A DNA stretch of 64,000 bases, taken from NCBI GenBank assembly GCA_050084515.1, contig CM114271.1:21328001-21392000 (forward strand). Reading direction: 5' to 3'. The position numbers and the translations under genes were made by a program. Below the pieces are notes generated by a model. The model saw only the letters and a list, made by a program, of their open reading frames with translations. It was not told the DNA's origin and did no database searches. Positions within the stretch are counted from its first letter, which is position 1; each line of letters opens with the position of its first letter. This stretch comes from Blasia pusilla. Its lineage: Eukaryota. Positions 39,680 through 53,667 of the stretch are shown piece by piece.

Positions 39680-42080
39680 TGGTAGGAATTATTCGAAGCT
39701 GTTGTGTCATTTTCATGTTAACATGAAGACATCTTTTCATCTAACCATTAGATAGAGATAAAACTTGGCACTAGCATTGTGGTTAATTCTTTGCACTACT
39801 TGAACGGTTTGGATCTTCTATTTAACACCCCATGCTCCTACCAAAAATGAAACACCTACTTTGGGATTTACGATTTTTAAATCCATATGTGAGTGGTCAT
39901 TGGGAGTTTTTTCTTTCCCCCTTGGTTCTTGGTGTTGGGGTGCCCTTGTGGAAAAAGTTTCTTGATTTTTAGAACCCTTGGTGAGGGGAGGGGGGAGAGA
40001 ATGGGATGTTAAGAAGGAGGAGGAGGCCTTTGAGTACGAATGTTGGGAGTAGTTTGTCATATTAACATGTAGCTATCTTTTCATCAAACCATAATATCGT
40101 GATGAAACGTGGCACTGAATTTTCTCTTAATTATTTGCATTACTTGAACGGTTCTGATATGCTATTTAGCTCCCCATAATTCTACCAAAAATGAAACGTC
40201 TCCTTTGGGATTTATGATTTTTAAATCCATGTATGAGTGGTCATTTGGAGTTTTTTCTTTTCCTCGTTGTTCTAGGTGTTGGGATGCCCCTCAAGGAAAT
40301 GTATCTTGATTTTTGGCATACTTGGTGAGACCTGGTGATGAAGAGGAGGGCCAACAAAATGGATATGCAAGAGGAATAAAGGCAAAACACAAGTAATCTT
40401 CCAAGAGTTAGTTGAATTTTGATGTTTGCAATCTAGTATCTTGACTTACCACCGTTGGATGGAGCTGAAACATAAGGACTATGGAGATGAGAATGCCCTT
40501 TTACTTTTGGACGGTGTGGATTTTCCATATCCTCCTCCATGCTGAATTTATAATTAGTAAACCAAGTTAAGGGTTTTTTTATTTTTTATTCACTGGCCGG
40601 GCATTGATTTCAAGATTTTATTTTTCCATTGGTATAATAACACACAAGTACATCTTGTGACAAATTTTCAGGATTTATAGACATGGTGATGAAGAGGAGG
40701 GCCAAGCAAATAGAGATGTAAGACAAAGAAAGGCAAAACACGAATAATGATCCAAGTGTTTGTTCAATTTTGATGATTGCACTCTAGCATCTTGACTTTC
40801 CACCGTTGGATGGAGCTGAAATATAAGGTCTATGGAGATGCAAAGGCCCTTTTACTTTTGGACGGTGTGGATTTTCCATATCCTACTCCATGCTCAATTT
40901 AAAATTGGGAAACCTTATTTAGGGTTTATGATTTTTTATTCCCTGTTTGGGTGTCCATTTGGAGATTTTATTTTTCCATTGGTATAGTAGCACATAATTT
41001 CATCTCGTGAAAAATTTTCATGATTTATAGACACGATGATGAAGAGAAGGGCCAAGCAAATGGAGATGAAAGACAAAAGGCAAAACACGAATAATGATCC
41101 AAGTATTAGTTCAATTTTGATATTTGCACTCTAGTATCTTGACTTCCCACCATTGGATGGAGTTGAAACGTAAGAACTATGGAGATGAGACGGCCCTTTT
41201 ACACTTGGGCTGTGTGGATTTTCCATATCCTACTTCATGCTCAATTTAAAAATGGGAAACCTTGTTTTAGGTTTATAATTTTTAATTCCAAGGGTGGGGG
41301 TTCATTTGGAGATTTTATTTTTCCATTGGTATAGTAACACATAAGTACATCTTGTGACAAAGTTTGAGGATTTATGGACTTGGTGGTGAAGAGGGGTGCC
41401 AACAAAATGGATATGAAAGAGGAATAAAGGCAAAACATCAATAATGTCCCAAGAGCTAGTCAAATTTTGATGTTTGTATTCTAGCATCTTGACTTCCCAC
41501 CGTTGGATGGAGCTTAAAAATAAGAAATATGGACATGAGAAGGCCCTTTTACTTTTGGACCGTGCGGATTTTCCATGTCCTACTCCCTGATCAATTTAAA
41601 AATGGGAAACCTTGTTTAGGGTTTATGATTTTTTATTCCCTGTTTGGGTGTCCATTTGGAGATTTTCTTTTCCCATTGGTATAGTAGCACATAAGTACAT
41701 CTCGTGACAAAGTGTCATGATTTATAAACACGATGGTGAAGAGGAGGGCCAAGCAAATGGAGATGAATGCCGAAGAAAGGCAAAACACGAATAATGATCC
41801 AAGTGTTAGTTCAATTTTGATGTTTGCACTCTAGCATCTTGACTTTCCATCATTGGATGGAGCTGAAATATAAGGATTATGGAGATGAAAAGGCGTTTTT
41901 AATTTTGGACGGTGTGGATTTTCCATATCCTACTCCATGCTCAATTTAAAATTGGGAAATCGTGTTTAGGGTTTATGATTTTTAATTCCCTGGTCGGGAG
42001 TCGATTTGGAGATTTTCATTTTCCATTGGTATCGTGACATTGAAGTTCATTTGAGCTCAAAGTTTCAGGATTAATAGAGT
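39680..42080. repeat. ~350-bp tandem repeat array (about 7 units, two subtypes)
   Basis: The anchor 'ggatggag(c/t)' recurs at ~40458, 40809, 41155, 41505 and 41855. Two related units lie at ~39730 and ~40075. Confidence 0.9.
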
Positions 42081-42618
42081 TGGTGGTAGATGAATGGATT
42101 GCGTGGAGGGCCTGAAATGGAGAAAGAAAGATGATTGGGTTAAGGACGCTGATTGGAAGATTCTACAATTGATTTGGCTTTAGTAGTGAAGAAACTCATC
42201 ATATTGGAAGAATGTTCAAGATCACCGGTGTATTGTGGCTGCAAAATACCCGTGTAAGTAGGCTTGTGATACTAATAAATGATTTGTGTGCATTGTAAAT
42301 GATGTGGCATGAGAGAGAATGCTAATGGACATCCACGTGGCATGCAAGGAAAAATGCTTAGTGTCCCTCTAGTTCTTTCGTCTTGAGTAAGGTGTGTTTG
42401 GCGGGAGAGAGTGTGCACTAGAGTGGGATGTTAGGAGTTTCTGCACGAGTGGGAAGTTCAAATTCAAAGATTAGGGGATTTGGGAGGTCCGAGGTCGGTG
42501 TTTCTGAAGGAGTGAGAATTATGGAGATTAGGGATGTCCGAGGTCGATGTGTCTGATCCTTTTACTCTTTCCTGAAGACTCTGCCAACTGAAGATTGTTC
42601 AATCTTCTGGCGATTAAT

Positions 42619-42821
<203 letters not shown>

Positions 42822-43713
42822 AACAAGAGGACTTTGCAATATTCTTTCTTTGCGCAACATTCAGAAGTCTCTTTGCGCAACATCCGAAATTGCTTCTTGT
42901 CTGTAATTCCGATGCCTATCGAGTCCATGCTCGATGAGCTGCAACACACTCGAAGGACTCTCACCATTGCAGTGGCATTACTCATCTTTTCTATCCTCTT
43001 TATTTTGATCGCATTTGCTGCAGCTTCCATTATAGGGATTCCGACTCTAGATTTTGGAACCATAATTTTCTCCCCATAAGCATCACCATTTTAGGCGGTT
43101 TCTTCTGCGTTGTGGCTATATACCTTTGTTTGCTTTGGCTACTTCGTCTCGCCTTCTACAAACACCGCACATTCAGGAAACTCTACACTTTCCTTTCACT
43201 TTTGTAAAGCTTTCGATTGTCGACATGTCCGGAGCGCCGCGAACCGGACTTACGAATTCATCCCTCCCATTCAGAAGTATCTATTTCCGCGCTGAAGTGC
43301 AGAGTGAGATTTATGATATGAATTGACTGATTTTAGTATTATTGTGAATTTCACCGCAAAAGTTTGGAGTAAAGAACTGGCAAAATTCTGGTATCTGAGA
43401 CTATGAACTTCTCTCCATGTAATCTCTCCTCAACTCTTCATGCCTTCCTCTCTCACAAAAGACCAAACTCGCATCGCTACTCTTTGACAAAAGAAATTTG
43501 TGTGATGAAATTTGCTGTTTCTTAGGGTAGTATGTGTAGGTCGGTGCGCTGCCCATTCCTTTTTCATTCAAGAGTGAGAATTGTGGAGATTAGGGGATTG
43601 GGGATGTCTGCGAGAGGTGTTTTTGGTCCTTTCACTCCTAGACCGCAAGGTGCAAGCTCGTTCTAAAGACTCTGCCAACTCAAGATTGTTCGATCTTCTT
43701 GGCCGTGGTTTGT

Positions 43714-43869
<156 letters not shown>

Positions 43870-44176
43870 AGTGCTTCTTTTCTGTAATGACTTATTGTCT
43901 GCAATGTTGACTTGTTGTTGCCTCGATCATGTTTGAATACCTTGGTGAAGAGTACGTCCTTTTTGCCCGACCCCAATTTTTGCTCATGCGCTCTAACCCA
44001 ATGCGTTGTGTGCAATGCTATTTTAATGTTGTCTATAAGCTATTTTCGGATTTCAATGAATCAATGCCACTGAATGTATTGAACAATTCTGTTATGACCA
44101 GCTTTTCAATATCAGTATGTGCACTTGCTCTGTGTGTTTTGAATTCACATCAGGAGAACATAGAGTGGGACGCGGC

Positions 44177-44333
<157 letters not shown>

Positions 44334-45629
44334 CTACTTAAGGTTGGTATCTACGAGTACATTGCAGCTAGTATACAACAATGACAATGACAACCCAACA
44401 TAGTAAGTCTCTTCAGTCAAGGGTACTATCTTGTCGCTTGGGCCTGAAGGGTCATCAGCATGAACTTGATCCATCTAACCTGACTGATCACCGGCACTCC
44501 TCTCCTAATCCTACTCCATAGACCGACAGGCTCCAATCATGTCTACAATTGTTCATTTACCTCTTCTTCCTCAATCGCTCAATGAACCCAATGCGCATGC
44601 TACCAAAAACATGTGCACTAATATACAAGGCATATGCCAAGGTAGGTTTAGCAGACAAAGCTAGAGAATTCTCTAAAGTAATACGGAGCACGGGCTAAGT
44701 TTCAATGAAGGAGAGTTTGTCAGTTTTGACTGGGAAGCATTGGCTTCGAGTGGCATTTGACAAGACGAGTCTCACTCTTTTCTCCAATGATCAATGCTTC
44801 TCTTCTCTCTCTGCTTCTTGTGATGAGTTTGACACATTACTTCAATGCTTTGTCTCTGTTTGGAAAGTGGATCTTTCTTCATGATCACTGCTAAATGTGT
44901 TAATATGTAGTGTAGGTATAGTTTTCACTAAAAGGGGAAATTCTGGATTTTAAGGAGAGAGTGTAGGTTGGATGTGGTTTTGGACCGGACGATTCTTGCT
45001 CCCTTTTCTGTGGCGATCAATGCTTTTATGCCTTGTCTTCTTCTGAGAGTTCAATGGATTCTCTCCATGTCTTCTTTCTCTTTTGACAATGGATCTTTCT
45101 AAACGGCTATTCCCTGATATCTTAATCCATTGAGTGACATAATTTTCAGTGAAGGGGAGTTTCTCAATTTTCAGTAGGAGGAAGTGGCTATGAGTGATGT
45201 TTGACTAACTAGTTGTGTTCTTTGTCTGTTTTTCATGATGAGTTCAATAGTTCTCTCAATGATGAAGTATACATATCAAAGGATTGAGTCATTATCTAAA
45301 GTTGGGTATGTTACATTTGTCATTCAGGAATGTCCTTGGAAAAGTTGGACCACATCGGTGAGGATTCTTAGTGACGATTGAAATCTCCATCGAGATAAGT
45401 CCCAGGTTAGGTATATGTGCCTTATCATACTTGTCTTGACTTCCCGCGGGTATGCATTCATCTAAGATGATAGCTCGTCCAGCTGTGGTTTATGGAATTC
45501 GTTATTGAGGCAAGATGTCATGGTTTTAGATGTGTTTGGAATATTTCAGTTCACAGTTTGCGGGAATTCAGTTCCAATCCCCTTAGAATGGATTTGAACC
45601 ATCCAGTTAGAGTAAAGGCACACGATTCC

Positions 45630-48600
45630 AAGTTGTGTCTGGGCATATGCGAAAGACTGAAGAACCCTACATAACCCACTGTATTCATACGGCTCGAATT
45701 CTGGCAGCTTTAGTTCCTTCAAAAGGAAAAAGGGTAATAAATTTTTCAATTGCGACGAAAGAGTCAAAGAACCTTTCCATCCTCCAAAATTTTCAGAGTA
45801 AACAAAATTTGTTAAAAGTGGATGAGAGCTAAAAGAAATAATTGAAATAACAAGAGATCAAGAATACCACTGTTGGAACTTTCCAGCTCCGTAGTGTCAC
45901 TTCTTTGGTTAGTGTCATCATGCGCGACGCTATGAGAGTGTTGACTCAGTTCCTTGCGGAATGTGTACTCGCTCTCGAAGACACTATGAGGACACTCAGG
46001 GGATTCTCTTGGTTCGAGTACGCTTTACCCACAAAAATTTGGTGAGATTGATGTAATGCAACTGCCAGTATATTAAAAGTAGTTTTTTTGTACTGTTTAC
46101 ATGTTCACAGGTAGTTCAGACTGTCGTTGCAGGGGTGCTACATGATGTGGTTGATGACACAGGTCGATATCTGAAGGATGTGAGGGAGCACTTTGGTGAT
46201 GATGTGGCGAGACTAGTGGGTGGTGTGTCAAAGTTAAGTCATATCAACCAAGTATGTCCCAACCTTGTTCATGCCTATTTCTGATGAGAGTTGGTGATTT
46301 GAAAGGTTTTTATGAATACAAATTATAGGTCAAGTTCAACAAACATGTAGGGTCCTGTCCAAGAAAGAAGGCTTGCTGCAGATATATCTAGCAAGTGGAG
46401 GGATTAATGAAGATGTGAACAGGAAAGCAGAATCTTCAAATGTTTTTTGTAGCTCTGTAGGGCGGCGGGCTTTGCTGATTGTACAATCCTCGTATCTTGA
46501 ACAAAATGAATAGAAAAGAATTCAGTGATCAACTGCAAATGTGGCTAATAGGTAGGGATCTCATACTAATCACAATAGGTATAGAGGGCAAGGGGGTTCA
46601 AGTCAAGGAATATTCAACTGGTTTCCAAACTCTGATTGGTATGATGGTTTAAGCTTCATTCTCAGGACCTGTCTATCAAAGTGAGGAAATGAAAATCCTT
46701 TGAACATTCCGATGAGTTGGAAGAGCCAGAGTTGGAGGGGCAAACGTGGTTCAAATAGACTTGTTATTCGTTGTCAGTTCCATTTTGCTAAATTTCAAGC
46801 CCAACATCACCTTTTTCAAATAAAGCTGGCATTTGTTCTCCCTTAAAATAATTCCCCATGTGAATTCATATGTTTCATAGGAGGCAATTCTAGGTCTATA
46901 TTTGGGTATTGATCTACAATCTGGTACTCACTGCAACTTTTGAGGAGGCACCGAAGGATAACAGCTTGTCAAAATTCAACAGAGGCCGGTGGTTTGAGTC
47001 CAGCAGAGGTAAGTGCACCTTGTCCCCTTGAAGTAATGGCTCTGTTTTGTGTGTCATCTCTTCATTTAGTATACAAGTCATGAGTAGACTTGTAAAGAAC
47101 TTAAGACTTTCTCACTAGGGGAATGCTTTTTCGTTCCTCAACCGACAGGTAACATTTTACTGAAGATTTTTTTCAGGGTTTACTCTAATAGATGGTCCAG
47201 AGTTAGTTGTTTAACTTTGGAGTCCAAAATAGACTTATCTCTTGGAGTTATGACAACCTCTAAACAGTGTAGCCTTGGTTATTTACTTGGCAACCAGGTG
47301 AACAGTTTGCGCGTTATGCTACTGGGAATGATCAATGATCCTCGTGTGGTCCCCATCGAACTGGCCGATCGTCTATACAACATGCGAACAATGTTAATAT
47401 CAGTAGAGGAAGTCTCGTTCGAAGTTCCCTCTTGATTTCAAACCAGCAAAAGCTCACTACTTTGGCAACCTTTTACATGCTATGAAGTACATATTCATGT
47501 CAAAGGACTTTCTCGGAGGATATCATGATGCTGACGGTCGAAAGCACATGCTATAGCACAAGAAACTTTGGCAGTTTGGTGCTCACTGGCATCAAGGCTT
47601 GGTGTGTGGGCCGTGAAGGCACAGCTAGAAGATCTCTGTTTTGCTGTCTTGCAAGTATGTCCCAAATTCTATTTCAGATGACTTTCCACGCTCCCCTCAG
47701 ATGTTTTACTGTCACTTTGATGCGTGGGGGTAGTCAGTGGGTGGTAACTAATTCTAGTTATCACTAGTTTTAAAGTTATGATGTATTGTTCTTCTTGAAG
47801 GCCATCTCATAATGTGCCTCCAACATGTCGGTGCTAGCCCAAAACCTTTCGGAGACTACGAGCTGCACTAGCGCCATATGGAGTCCACACAAAGGCGGAG
47901 GTATTTAAGGAGAATGACCAAAAGAGCTAAACGAAGAGCACTACTCTATGGTGATCTGGTGCAAGAGGAATTGAAACCCAAACCGGATCTAGAAGATGAG
48001 GAAGAGTTGACAATGAAGGTGTGCATATCTCCCATAGCCTTGCAATAAAAGATGAAGGTGTTTTCTGAATGAAGAACACCTTTAACTACATTCTGTCATC
48101 GGGTTGAAGATACTTGGGTCGTGCAATATTCATGGTGTCAGTATGTCGGGAATTGCATCGAGATCATTTCAGATCATATGTTACTTATTCTCATTGCCCA
48201 CCTTTGATTCTTGAACGAGAGAAAATTTGGTGTACTTACATGTTGATTGGTGATCAACAATAATGCAAGATCTTCTTGAAGCGGTTGTGCCATTTGATAT
48301 ATTATTAGATCGTAATAGGCGCTGATCTTTGGACTTGGTTCCCCGGCAATCAATGAGAGATAAGTAAGAAGAAAACAAAGGTGATACGTGATCTTTGAAG
48401 TTGCCCTTCTTTGCTTTAGGGTGCTGTGAGGATGCTCTTGACAAGGAGCTTCTTATTTCAACCTGGTAAGTCCTCTGTTTGTAGTGTCAAGGGACATGAG
48501 CTCTATTGTCCAGATACAAGAGAAAGATGTTGTATGTGGCGGTGGTTGGTGAATCTTAACGTGAAGAGAGCATCTTTCGGCTTTTAAGCCAAGAAGTTGT

Positions 48601-49591
48601 CTTGAGACATCGCACACGAAGTATCGAGGAGCTCCTTGATTATTTTATGTGAACAAAATTGGAATGAAGGATCTTCCTAAGAAGGAATGCTTCGCATATG
48701 ACTAAACCAAAAGAATCGACCGCTCAAACTTCCTGTGATCCATGTCCTCAAACCTCGCCTCCAAACTATTATCTTTGCAATTCTAAGAGTTCAATGCATT
48801 CTCTAATATTTCTTATCCACGGGAACTTGGACATAGAAGAGTTCTTAGTGTCTCAAGTCTGAAGACAAAACGAGTTACATCGTGTGGATTTTTGTCTTAT
48901 CGGCTAAATCGATAAGCTGTGAAGTTTCACCAGTCTCCACATCTAGAATTGTAAGGGCTCACAAGTCTCTACACTTTGTCGATCTGTGAGATATGTTCGT
49001 GGAATGGAAGTGATCCTATCGGCCGTCTGAAAAGCCTCTACAAAGTACACACTGCAAGGTAGGCTGCTACATTTAAAGGCCTGCTATTTGGTCTATGCTG
49101 TTTTAAGTTCTAGTCTTTTGGTTTGACATTTTCGAACTTGTGTGCTCTAGAGATGAGGAGGAAGGGTATAGGTTTGGATGAAGTATATGATGCAAGAGCA
49201 TTGAGGGTAGTGGTCGGAGATGGTGCCGGAAAACTATATGTGGGCTCTTTGTTGAGGGATGCTATAGTCTCCTCAATGTTGTTCATAGGTATAGTAAAGC
49301 ATCAATTGCGGAAGAGACTTTGGTCCTATCTTATGTTACATATCTGTAGGGGAATTTGCTCTAGGAAACCAAATTCAAGCTCTGAAGGTTTGAGATCATG
49401 GCTAATTTCTTACCCTAGATTTTGTCTAAAAAACACTTGTGACTATATTTTGTCTATCATGTTTGTTCTTTAGAGACCTTATGTTGGCTTTGACTTGACT
49501 GCTGATCTTCTTGTCCTAGGACACACTTTGGACTCCAATTGGTGGAGAGTTTAATGATTATGTTGTCAACCCAAATCCAAGTGGCTATCAG
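45630..49591 (+). pseudogene. RSH: RelA/SpoT homolog (plant RSH; HD domain plus partial synthetase domain), intron-containing captured fragment
   Basis: About 10 exon remnants in order: 'RKTEEPYITHCIHTARILAALVPS'; 'VVAGVLHDVVDDT...FGDDVARLVGGVSKLSHINQ' (46111-46251); 'LLRRHRR'; 'LRVMLLGMINDPRVVPIELADRLYNMRT'; 'AQETLAVWCSLASRLGVWAVKAQLEDLCFAVLQ'; 'DLLEAVVPFDILLDR'; 'GRLKSLY'; 'VYDARALRVVVGD'; 'DYVVNPNPSGYQ'. It has stops and frameshifts and no downstream exons. Confidence 0.88.
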
Positions 49592-51397
49592 GTTACCCTT
49601 GATGTGTTCATTCTTGTAACTCATTAAGGTTTTTTTTCTCTTGAAGCTGGTTAGTCATTCGTACTTTGGATGATTCTTAACTTATGATGTAGACAAGCTT
49701 TTGTGACAAGTTTTCACGTTCTGTTTTGCAACATTTGGTGATGCTCTTGGCTCAAGCATGCTTTTGTCAGAGATGCATATGAGAAAGGTGGTTCAGTAGA
49801 GTAGTCTTTTCTTTTGGTACCCAACTATCTAAGGTGCAATAACTTTGTTTTCATGGATGATATGATCTCTCTTGCTATTTCAAGATGAGATCATAAACCC
49901 TACTATATTTGATCTTCGTTTTGTTATCTATTTGGATTATAACCCCATGTAATAGTGATTCATTTTGTAATTTGGTGTATGGAAGCTACTCTTTGGTGAC
50001 ATTCCATTCCTCAAAATCTGTTTTCATTATTTGCTTGGTTAATTGCTTGCGTATGTTTCGTTTGTAGCAAGACATTCTTATTACATCTCTTTCTAAACTT
50101 AGGGAAAATATATATTTAGTTTCTTGATTACTTCAAGATGCCACTATTCAATGTAACAACATAGTGCTCATGCGCTACTTCCATATAGTTCAGTTGACAT
50201 GTTTCTGGATATATTATGTTGTTTTATTATTTGCGTTTTTTTAATTATACTATGTGCTAAGGTGAACGCTTAAGTGTTCACCATATAAATGGAAAAGAGG
50301 ATTTCAATAATTCAAATCCATTAATTCTTGCATCGTTCAAAAGGCATAATATACATTCCAAAGTATCCAAAATTTATTTTCCCACTAGTCATATCGATAT
50401 AACTAGTACAATACAATTCAAAAACTAAAGTAGTAAGCTTTAAGTTCTCTCAAGTCATAATTGTATGACTCATGCAGTTCCGTTGCAATGACTACATAAT
50501 TTCCGCAACTCACATAGTCATATCTTTGTGACTAAACCAATTATGTCCGCTTCTATAGTAGTCATGTAACTCTACTCTTCTAGTCATAATATATGACTAT
50601 ATGAGTCCATACCAACATTTCAATAAAATAAAATGACTACATGAGTTGCCAACTATAACTGAATGGAGTACACTTTGGTGCATTTTTATAGGATATTCTA
50701 AACTTTTGCACACCAACCATGACTAAAGGAGTTGTTGGTGGTAACTAGAAAAATATACACATATGACTAGATGAGTCGTAGTCAAGTCCATATCATCATT
50801 GACATGTCACAACAATAGTCCATGTCATCAATGACACATCATACTAAATAGTCCATGTCACTGATGATGCGTGATTATTCCACGTCATCTAAGTGACGTG
50901 TTAGTCATGGCCTCAAACCTACACCCTTGAGTCATATACCAACCTCCACCTAAGCTGACCATCCTAATTAGCCTAGTCGCCAAACAAATATGACTTGGCT
51001 TTTGTGTCTAAAGTAGTCGTCAGTCATTGTTAGTCGTGGTATCTAAAGTATGACTCATATGAGTCATATAACCTAGTCATAAAACCAGGGATTTCTTCTA
51101 GTGAAATACCTAGAATGGCTGTACGGATGGGCAAAGGATGCATACCAGTACGTCATTATCGGCCTCCATGGTGCTCCTAGAGCTCAACAGGCGGACCAGA
51201 TTTTCACCGGTCAGTACGCTCCCAACATAGGCTTCTATGAGGCCTAAACTCATGAAATCTGAGTGTGCAGGACTGATTCCATCTCTCCCCGAGCGAATCA
51301 AGGTGGGGAAAAGGAACTCACCGTGACCAAGAGGCCGGACACTGGAATCTGCTCGAAGGCCGTATTAAGATAGAGAGAGAGCATGCTCAAAGGCCGC

Positions 51398-51400
<3 letters not shown>

Positions 51401-51483
<83 letters not shown>
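51401..51483. repeat. (GA)n microsatellite
   Basis: Directly visible. Confidence 0.99.
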
Positions 51484-51486
<3 letters not shown>

Positions 51487-52149
51487 AGGTTACAAATCTA
51501 TACACTCACCCAATACGGTAGTGGTTTCTTCCCTCAGACGGGCTCTGGTTCTTCCTTGGACGCACGCTCTATCTCCGCACCTCCAATCTTGGCTCCTTCG
51601 TCACCAAAATTTCATCATCAAGCTCAAGATCTCCTTGCCTTTGACACCATACACCAACGAGACTGTACTCAAGCACTCTCTCTGGCCCACAGGCTCTCTC
51701 GACTCCTTTCCTTCTCTTTCTCACATTCAGAGCTCTTTCTCGTAGGGTTTGTGAAAGAAGAAACACGGGAATGCGACGGGACAAGACCATACCATTCCCC
51801 TTCCGAATAGCTAAATGAAGCGCCAAGTATGGAATCTCGCATGACAAGCCACCTAGGACTAAACATGCCACATCAACCTAGAACCCCACTACTGAGACTC
51901 CCTCGATCCATATGAGCACAAAGTTTCTAGGTCAATACAATAAGAGCCCCTTCATAATAGGAGTGATAACCATAACTTGTCGAGTTTTGAGCCTCGAAAA
52001 CTTCTCAACCACATCGACTTAGTTATAAATGGATCCGGAGGTACTAAATATGCATCCTAGCATCTTGTCAAATCGTCCATTAGCAAATAGGTACCGAACA
52101 CTTTTATCAAATTGGCCGTGACATACATGCGTGTCCATGAGTTGAGGAT

Positions 52150-53400
52150 CACAAATACATGAGCATAAACACCTTTTTTTCAATGACATGAAATTGCCAT
52201 AAGGACTAGAAAGAATCCTACTCAATGCCCTCTTCCGCCTTCTTAACACCTCTCTTTCTACCCTCCCCCTTCAAGCAGGGGTCCAAAAAATCTAAAGCCT
52301 TTCCCAGACATCTAACCCAACCCAAGAGACACATGGCAAAATAAAAAGCTTCAAATAACCACTCACACATTGAATTAAAAATCGTAAACCCTAAAAACGG
52401 TCTTTCATTTTTGGTTTGAGCATGGGGAGAGAATTGGTAGATCTGAACCGTTGAAAGTGTGGAGGGACATAGTGTCTTGGCTTGTGCTAAGTTTCAACAC
52501 CATCCAATGGTGGCAAGAAAATTTAACTCCATGATAACATGGAAATGCCACAAGGACTCCAAAGAATCATGTAAATGCCCTCTTCCTCCTTCTTGACCCC
52601 TCTTTTTCTACCCTCCACCCTCAAAAAATGGACCAAAAATCATGAAAATTTTCCCAAGATGGAAATCCAAACACAAGAACACAGAGCAAAAGAAAAAACT
52701 TCAAATTACCACTCACACATTGAATTAAAAATCGTAAACCCTAAAAATGGTCTTTCATTTTTAGTTTGCGTATAGAGGGAGAAGTGAGAGATCTGAACCG
52801 TTGAAGATGTGGAGGGATACAATACCTTGGCTTGTGCCATGTTTCAGCACCATCCAATTGTGGGAAGAAACTTTAACCCCATGATAACATGGAAATGCTA
52901 CGAAGACTCGAAAGAATCTTACTCAATGCCCTCTTCCTTCTTCTTGACCTCTCTTTTTCTACCCTCCACCCTAAAAAACAAGACCAAAAATCATGAAACT
53001 TTTCCCAGAATGGAAATCCAAACACAAGAACACAAAGAAAAAGAAAAAACTCCAAATGACCACTCACACATTGAATTAAAAATCATAAATTGTAAAAATG
53101 GTCTTTCATTTTTTATTTGAGCATGGGGGGAGAACTGGGAGATCTGAACCATTGAAGGTGTGGAGAGATACAGTGCCTTGGCTTGTGCCAAGTTTCAGCA
53201 ACATCCATTTGGTGGGAAGAAAAGTTAACTTGACGATAACATAAAAATGGCATAGAGAGGTGGAACAATCCTAGCCAAATTCCTCCTCTTCATTCTCCAA
53301 CTCTCTTTTAGTACCCGCCCCTTGAACCAAGGGTCCAAGAATGTTCAAAAAATTTCCAGAGGGCAACTCAGCCCCAAGAATGCATGACATATATATCCCA
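52150..53400. repeat. ~350-bp tandem repeat (about 3.5 units), inverted homolog of 39680-40330
   Basis: 'ccactcacacattgaattaaaaatc' recurs at ~52359, 52709 and 53060; its reverse complement resembles ~39870-39900. Confidence 0.88.
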
Positions 53401-53667
53401 ACAAAAAAAAACACGGTAACATTGGAGCATGAAATCACTAAAACACACAAATTGTTAATTATGACACATTAGTATTACTAGGCAAGTGAAACAAATACGA
53501 CTAGTCTTGACTAAAGGGTATTGATAACTACTTTAGTGAGGAGCATATGACTGTGTGAGTTGTGCAAACATTAATTTCAGGACTGAACCATTTTAGTCAT
53601 AATTTGAGACATTCTTTTAATGAGTCATTTAAAACCTAGTCATAAAAACCACACATTTCTTCTAGTG

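Noticed and set aside
45630-49591. Functional host RSH gene
   Set aside because: It has in-frame stops, frameshifts, degraded splice sites and no 3' exons, and lies inside CACTA TIRs.
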